Part shown: in pieces, positions 35,342 through 40,547 of the stretch
Numbering within the stretch: position 1 is the first letter of the stretch
Layout of the letters: each line of letters opens with the position of its first letter
IMG/VR virus record: IMGVR_UViG_3300004369_000042
Location: 1 to 40,547 of that record
DNA length: 40,547 nt
Strand: one strand, 5' to 3'
From: a virus
Taxonomy: Duplodnaviria > Caudoviricetes
The notes under the pieces: generated by a model
Database searches by the model: none
Told to the model about the DNA's origin: nothing
The model's input: the letters and a program-made list of their open reading frames with translations, nothing else
Translations under genes and position numbers: made by a program

Positions 35342-36147
35342 TACATCTGCTCCGGATAAGCAAAGCCAAATAGCTGCTGCATTTTTTCAATAGCTGCATT
35401 GTGACCATCTTTTTCACTATCACCGTACTGTGCCATGAAATTAGGATCACGTTGTAGCCGTGCAATTTCCTGTCGCGCTGCATCAGGGGTTAGCATAAAT
35501 GACTGGCCTCGACCCTGTGGATCTACGCCTGCTTCCATCATTTGCTGACCAATTTTAGCAAACATCTTAACAAGCATTGGATGGTCGCCCATACCAGACT
35601 CATCAAGCCAGCCTAAGAGTTCTTCGCCGCCAAACTCTGCTGCTGCACGTTGTGCCATGTCAACACGTTCTTCATAAGCACGTCCAAACTCACTACGGAT
35701 CTGACGATCCCATTCGGCCTGCTGCATTTCACGACCTTTTGACATTTCGCCAAATTCGCCGTTAATGTGCTGCATATAGCCACTATAGATTTTGTTTGCT
35801 TGTGCCTGTGTTAGACCTGCCTCATGCATAATTCCCAGCATTTTATCTTCCATACCCGAGTCATAATTTAGACCCTCATTTAGTTCTGGGCGCTGGAGCT
35901 CATATTTTTCTGGACGACCTAGCCTATTGTAAAAATCATTCCATTCGTCAGCAGATGCTTCTTCTCTAGGTATTGCTACCTTATCAGCACCAACCATACG
36001 CTGGGCATGTACATAAGACTTAGCTAGTCCATTTACGTCCTGTATCGACGCGAGGCTCGGATCATGTCGAATATCGTCGCCAAGCGACGCCCTCCAATCA
36101 CCACCCGAGCTACCCGCATCAACGGACCCGATTGCTTCCTCACTCAT
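35341..36147 (-). CDS. capsid assembly scaffolding protein
   Basis: LAKSYVHAQRMVG, FYNRLGRPE, GDHP; lies between portal and capsid. Confidence 0.85.
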   Translation of the reverse strand: MSEEAIGSVDAGSSGGDWRASLGDDIRHDPSLASIQDVNGLAKSYVHAQRMVGADKVAIPREEASADEWNDFYNRLGRPEKYELQRPELNEGLNYDSGMEDKMLGIMHEAGLTQAQANKIYSGYMQHINGEFGEMSKGREMQQAEWDRQIRSEFGRAYEERVDMAQRAAAEFGGEELLGWLDESGMGDHPMLVKMFAKIGQQMMEAGVDPQGRGQSFMLTPDAARQEIARLQRDPNFMAQYGDSEKDGHNAAIEKMQQLFGFAYPEQM

Positions 36148-36400
36148 CGATAGCCTCCTTTGGTAGATTTAATAACTCTTGAGGGTCTTTATCAATGAAC
36201 CTCAAGATACTCAAAACCACACGACGCATACCTTCTCGGTGTGCTGATTCGTGTGTATCACCTGGACAATAACTCGAGTCATTGACATACGAGATTTTGC
36301 ACAGATGATTTAATACACGCTGACCTGAAGGCGTGAGAAAAATTGCCCGCATGTCATCATGTAAATCTGTTAAACTTCTATTCTGTTGCTGGTCCGCCAC
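36140..36400 (-). CDS. conserved podovirus protein (Bbp19-like)
   Basis: F.TPSGQRVL..L...EGMRRVVL.I directly after the portal. Confidence 0.75.
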   Translation of the reverse strand: MADQQQNRSLTDLHDDMRAIFLTPSGQRVLNHLCKISYVNDSSYCPGDTHESAHREGMRRVVLSILRFIDKDPQELLNLPKEAIDE

Positions 36401-38021
36401 CTGCGCCTCCGTTCATCATAGGTTGCATCCCAGCATTCTTAGCTGCCGTTGACATATCTTTTGCCGTTGTAGCTTGCTGCTGCATCATAGCAGCTTCTTG
36501 CATTTCTTTATCAGCCTGTTGTCTCTGAGCCCGTTGTTCTTGTACCTTTTCAGGATCAACCAAAGTTTGCATCGGAGCATCGAGCGTGCCATGAGCCCAC
36601 CTAAATGTTGCATCTGCATCTATATTATCAAAGATCTCAGGTTTCACGTTTGCTAGTGGTACCATCTGCTCTAGGAATCGAGTAAAGTTAAATACCAGCT
36701 GCGATTTCTGAGCTCGCGCTATTGGAGATACATAATCAACACGTAGACTTACTCCTTCTAGTTCAGGAGGTGCTGGATCCAGCTCTTTACGTCTATTCAT
36801 CAAAGCAAATACACGATCAATCATGGGTCCTAAGAATTCAGCCTGTAATCGTCCAACCATTGGTCCCATAAGACGCATACGCTCTTCTTGACGCTGCAAT
36901 ACCTCAGTTGCTGTCATTTGTGGGCCTTCACGCATCTGCAGCCAGTCTACGTGGAATGATTTACTGATATGCTCTCTACGAGTTTCAATAAAATCAAGAC
37001 CAACGTCAGGACGTTCGCCACCAATTAAAGGCTCAATTTTGTCTGGGGTACCTGACCGGTAGTAGTTTAATCCACCAGGAATAGTACGTAATGGCATAAT
37101 AAAGCCATCATCTGGTACCATAAGAGGAGGATCAGTTGCTTTTTGTGCAGCCCTGATGGTCGTCTTTGTCATCTCATTGACCATCTTAATATCAGGCATA
37201 CACGTCATAGCTGGAGACCTACCGTAAACTTCTCCAGAGGTTTTAGACCATCTAGGAACCATATAAGGGAATTCTTGATATCCCCCTTCCTTAAGCATGA
37301 TCTGTTCTTCAACAAGCACATAACATGACTTCCAAGGCATATTATTCTTGTCTTTCTTTTCGTAGTCTAGGTCAGCCCTAGGCTCGACAGCATGAACACA
37401 CGTAAATTCTTGGAATGGCTGCTTAACAGCTATTTCCTTAAACTTATCTGGCAAAACCTCGCTATATAGCTGCATTAGCTGTCTAGCCGTGTGTTTATAC
37501 TTACGGTAAACGGTATCAACAACTCCCTCATGGTTTTCTGCAACATAGCAGTCCGCCAAGTGAAAAGATCTAAAGTTAATAGGTTTACCGGCTCGGTCTT
37601 CTACCATTATGACGCCTGTTCCATAGGAACCAAGGTCCAAGTACAATTCATGGACAGATGTTATAAAGTTAGTAGACGGAACGTTAAAACAGCGATCAAA
37701 CATCTGATCAACTGTTGATTGCAGCCATCGACGCATGCCTGCTGTTTCCTGAGTTCCAGGAACTTTTAATTGAAACCATCTTTCTGCAGTATTGGTCAAA
37801 TGACCATGCAGACCACTAGCTAGCTGTTCGTTAGCCAATGGTGCCGTCGAATCAAACACCTTATCAAATCTTGCACGGCTACCTCGGTACTGCTTCGTAG
37901 TAAAATCACCCCGGCGAGGATTGACATAGTCGGTACAATCCTGCCAGAGGTTTTCCCACGGAGCACGCCAAGATTCAAGCTGTTCAAGACGCTTGACTAT
38001 TTGATTGACGTCGTCATGCAT
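36378..38021 (-). CDS. portal (head-tail connector) protein
   Basis: FDSTA, VPRWSK.SGEVYGRSPA, MTATEV..R.EE. Confidence 0.93.
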   Translation of the reverse strand: MHDDVNQIVKRLEQLESWRAPWENLWQDCTDYVNPRRGDFTTKQYRGSRARFDKVFDSTAPLANEQLASGLHGHLTNTAERWFQLKVPGTQETAGMRRWLQSTVDQMFDRCFNVPSTNFITSVHELYLDLGSYGTGVIMVEDRAGKPINFRSFHLADCYVAENHEGVVDTVYRKYKHTARQLMQLYSEVLPDKFKEIAVKQPFQEFTCVHAVEPRADLDYEKKDKNNMPWKSCYVLVEEQIMLKEGGYQEFPYMVPRWSKTSGEVYGRSPAMTCMPDIKMVNEMTKTTIRAAQKATDPPLMVPDDGFIMPLRTIPGGLNYYRSGTPDKIEPLIGGERPDVGLDFIETRREHISKSFHVDWLQMREGPQMTATEVLQRQEERMRLMGPMVGRLQAEFLGPMIDRVFALMNRRKELDPAPPELEGVSLRVDYVSPIARAQKSQLVFNFTRFLEQMVPLANVKPEIFDNIDADATFRWAHGTLDAPMQTLVDPEKVQEQRAQRQQADKEMQEAAMMQQQATTAKDMSTAAKNAGMQPMMNGGAGGGPATE

Positions 38022-38245
38022 TAATAATTACCAAGTTTTTCTGAAGCTCCACCAAGAAGTTTTTTCTTCTTGATCTTCTCCATTTCTACACCTTCACCGC
38101 CTGTTAGAATAGTAGACTTCTGACCTTTACGAGCCTTTTCAGCATCGGTCAATTCTTCTACTGACTTCTGAACGTCCTTATCATCCACTTTAGGTGGAGT
38201 AGGAGCTGGTGGTGGTGGTGCTGGTCTACCGCCGCCTCCGCACAT
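38021..38245 (-). CDS. small Pro-rich virion-associated protein
   Basis: MCGGGG-P-rich, STILTG, LLG; usual position just before the portal. Confidence 0.7.
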   Translation of the reverse strand: MCGGGGRPAPPPPAPTPPKVDDKDVQKSVEELTDAEKARKGQKSTILTGGEGVEMEKIKKKKLLGGASEKLGNY

Positions 38246-38248
38246 AGG

Positions 38249-38716
38249 TTACCTCCTTTTTACAAATGTATTCCCTATGGTATCATACCCTAGGGCCTCA
38301 TACAACTTACGTGTCTCTTCAGTCTTTACACCGGTCGACGACGCAGGCCGTATTTCCTTCGCACCGTTTGCAAAAGCCCATTCTTCAAACTCTTTAATCA
38401 ATCTAACAGCAGCTAAGCCGCCACGTTTTGACTGATCAACATAGAGCAAACAGTCTAATGCTACTAGGTCCTTACCGAAATAATAACTCGAAATGTAGCC
38501 GACGTACATCGCAAAAATCTTATTATTTTCGCTTTCCGCTATTCTACAGAAATATGTTTCGGGATTAATTACCCATACACGGGCCATTTCGTATACCACT
38601 TGTATGTCAAAGTCAAGGTGGGCATACGATGATTCTTTGTGAGCTTCTGCTGCTAAACAAATAACTTGATCAAAGTCATTTAGCTCCATATTCCTAATAT
38701 TGACTGAAGATGGCAT
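38249..38716 (-). CDS. GNAT family acetyltransferase
   Basis: LYVDQSKRGG...FEEWA..GA...LYEALGY. Confidence 0.8.
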   Translation of the reverse strand: MPSSVNIRNMELNDFDQVICLAAEAHKESSYAHLDFDIQVVYEMARVWVINPETYFCRIAESENNKIFAMYVGYISSYYFGKDLVALDCLLYVDQSKRGGLAAVRLIKEFEEWAFANGAKEIRPASSTGVKTEETRKLYEALGYDTIGNTFVKRR

Positions 38717-40010
38717 ATTCCCCCTCAGCCTGTCTAGGCAAATTCTTATTATTCTTGTTAATCCGGTCCCTAATCCCTAGTGCTAGATACCTCATCGCGT
38801 CAGCGGGGTGAGATGTCCAGTCATGTAGCGGACGGTCGCGGAAACACTGGTTTCTCTCGTCCCAGTCTTTACGATACTGGCGCAATGCTTCAATAAGCCG
38901 TGCACACTTATGCTCATCGATATAACAACGCGGCAATACGTTTCTGACCGCTTCAATACCGTCATCTACACGTAGATTAGGCGCGACACGGAATCTAATA
39001 CCTAGTTCTCGTGCTGCTTCAATCCTAGATTTACCTGTACTGAAATCTCGGACCTGAATATCATGGGGCGCGATATGATCGCCGTAGACGTACTCTTTTT
39101 CGCGTACAATCTTTACGTAATGAGCTAGCCCCTCTCCCTCATTTTCATAATAGTCGATCACTCGTATCTCGTTATGTTGCATTTGGAAGAAGATGATTAC
39201 TGTTGAATCACCAATGCCTAGATCCCAGGCTGTATGCACGTCTAACGTAGGTTCATAAGGTACTTTAGTAATGTGATTGTCTGCAAGTAGACGGGCCATT
39301 GGAGTACCGTAGTAAGATCCTACAAGTGGCGCATCAAATGAGCAGAAAAATTCTTGCTGTATCATTTCTTCTGGCATACCCGAAGCACGTTCCTCGTCAA
39401 CGGCTGACAGGGGTATAGCTCGTGTATCTTCTACAGATAACACTTGCTGAAACCAGGTTTCATTCCTTTTAGCTATGTTAAGGAGGTCATATCCGTGATT
39501 TCGACCTCGAGCGGTATAAATAAATAACGCCCATCCTCCATTCTCAGCCAAGATGGGACGAATATAATCCCAAGCTCTGGGATCTTGGAGGGAGTACTCT
39601 GAAAACACGACTCCAACGGGATTTGCTCCAACCAACCTGTCGACGTTATCGGTACCCACCACTTGATAGATTGAGCCATTCTTTAATGTGAGGCGCATCT
39701 CCGTGTTATTTTTAGCTTCATGCATTTCCTCTGGGAAATGATCTAAGAACTTTCGACCATCTCGCGTCATACCATCCCAAGCAATCTTTCGCCCCTGATT
39801 ATAGGTAGGAAATAAATGCCAATATAAACCAGGACGCGTTAACGCTGAAACTGCACACCAATTAATGCTGCATAAGTCTTTGCCAGCACGTCTATGCCAA
39901 ACACAAACGGCTCTTTTACCTCCACCCTCCATAAATTTCCACATGGGCATTTGATAGGGGCGAGGGGACCATTGATTAGGTACCTGAATTTTCATTTTCG
40001 TCGTCATCAT
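38694..40010 (-). CDS. terL: terminase large subunit
   Basis: HRRAGKD Walker A, VVFSE Walker B, AWDLG.GD nuclease, SHPADAMRY; true start may be 39995. Confidence 0.93.
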   Translation of the reverse strand: MMTTKMKIQVPNQWSPRPYQMPMWKFMEGGGKRAVCVWHRRAGKDLCSINWCAVSALTRPGLYWHLFPTYNQGRKIAWDGMTRDGRKFLDHFPEEMHEAKNNTEMRLTLKNGSIYQVVGTDNVDRLVGANPVGVVFSEYSLQDPRAWDYIRPILAENGGWALFIYTARGRNHGYDLLNIAKRNETWFQQVLSVEDTRAIPLSAVDEERASGMPEEMIQQEFFCSFDAPLVGSYYGTPMARLLADNHITKVPYEPTLDVHTAWDLGIGDSTVIIFFQMQHNEIRVIDYYENEGEGLAHYVKIVREKEYVYGDHIAPHDIQVRDFSTGKSRIEAARELGIRFRVAPNLRVDDGIEAVRNVLPRCYIDEHKCARLIEALRQYRKDWDERNQCFRDRPLHDWTSHPADAMRYLALGIRDRINKNNKNLPRQAEGEYAIFSQY

Positions 40011-40284
40011 CTAAATCTGAAAAACGTACAACTTCGATATTTAGCGAACCATCAAATGTGGCTGACATATCAACTGCCTTACGTTTTGGTGCTACATACT
40101 GTGCTAGTTCTTTCATGGCTTGTAAACGCAATGAATGATCTAGCGACGTATCATTAGCGATCATCGCCATGCCCTCGATAGGGTCACAGTTAAGCTCGTC
40201 CAGTCGTTCTTGGATCTCTTGCGTTCGTTTGTTTGACGCGCCCTTTGGCCTTCCGGCTCCGGGACGGCTACCGCCTTTAGACAT
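39976..40284 (-). CDS. terS: terminase small subunit
   Basis: GGSRPGAGRPKG, KELAQYVAPKRKA; immediately upstream of terL; GGAGG RBS. Confidence 0.8.
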   Translation of the reverse strand: MSKGGSRPGAGRPKGASNKRTQEIQERLDELNCDPIEGMAMIANDTSLDHSLRLQAMKELAQYVAPKRKAVDMSATFDGSLNIEVVRFSDLDDDDENENSGT

Positions 40285-40304
40285 ATAGCACCTCCATAGC
40301 TGTA

Positions 40305-40333
40305 ATTATACGTTAATATTAGATCCCTGTAAA
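40305..40333 (-). promoter_or_regulatory. sigma70-type promoter for the terminase/structural arm
   Basis: Minus strand TTTACA (40333-40328)-N17-TATAAT (40310-40305). Confidence 0.75.
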
Positions 40334-40355
40334 CCCTTTGAATAAATCCTCGGAC

Positions 40356-40378
40356 TATTGGCATATTGTATTTATTGG
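40356..40378 (-). repeat. 23-bp element CCAATAAATACAATATGCCAATA, copy 2
   Basis: Exact reverse complement of 1057-1079. Confidence 0.9.
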
Positions 40379-40547
40379 CAACCTCTACTTTTTTATATTT
40401 TTTACAAAAATATTTCCTATATACTAACACAATGTACGTACGGACTTTATCCGATAACCAAAAACCTCCCCCGCAGGTCGACTGACTTGGCGCTCTAGGG
40501 CCTCGGATCGCGCGTCGGCGCCCCCGGGCCCCCAACCCGGACAGCGT

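Noticed and set aside
135-40157. Numerous short antisense or alternate-frame ORFs in the track (e.g. 135..410, 1365..1691, 6136..6504, 10919..11380, 24353..24757)
   Set aside because: They lie within or opposite well-supported genes and lack RBS or motifs; likely shadow ORFs.
40161-40535. 124-aa minus-strand ORF at the right end
   Set aside because: Spans the promoter, the 23-bp element and terS in another frame; no RBS or recognisable motif.
1-40547. Integrase, repressor, tRNA, CRISPR array, RNA polymerase, intron/intein or terminal direct repeats
   Set aside because: None recognisable; coding density leaves little room and polA, terL and the helicases appear uninterrupted.

Overview
The window looks like an essentially complete ~40.5 kb podovirus genome. 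A marine alphaproteobacterial host is my inference, from the gene set and the AGAAAGGAGAA ribosome-binding sites. There are two convergent arms. The + strand arm (about 0.2-15.4 kb) carries small early genes, a DUF932 protein, a nucleotide-modification cassette and a replication module. The cassette holds a SAM methyltransferase, MazG-like dNTP pyrophosphatase, dNMP kinase, a thymidylate-synthase homologue with the dCMP-type Asp, and a dCMP deaminase. The replication module holds a family A DNA polymerase, PD-(D/E)XK nuclease, probable SSB, primase-polymerase, and UvrD and SNF2 helicases. The - strand arm (40.3-15.4 kb) carries terminase, portal, scaffold, capsid, tail tube A/B, internal (ejection) proteins, tail fibre/RCC1 proteins and lysis genes. 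The two strongest observations are (1) a 1164-aa internal virion protein containing a HipA/PI-kinase-like domain in tandem with an R-S-E ADP-ribosyltransferase, probably an injected dual-enzyme effector, and (2) a pathway pointing to a cytosine-modified genome, possibly with thymidylate made via 5-methyl-dCMP and an unexplained SAM methyltransferase. Non-coding structure includes a perfect 23-bp element upstream of both divergent arms, a repeated hairpin-then-9-nt-then-ATG architecture, and a structured capsid leader. All family assignments come from motif recognition by eye, not database searches.
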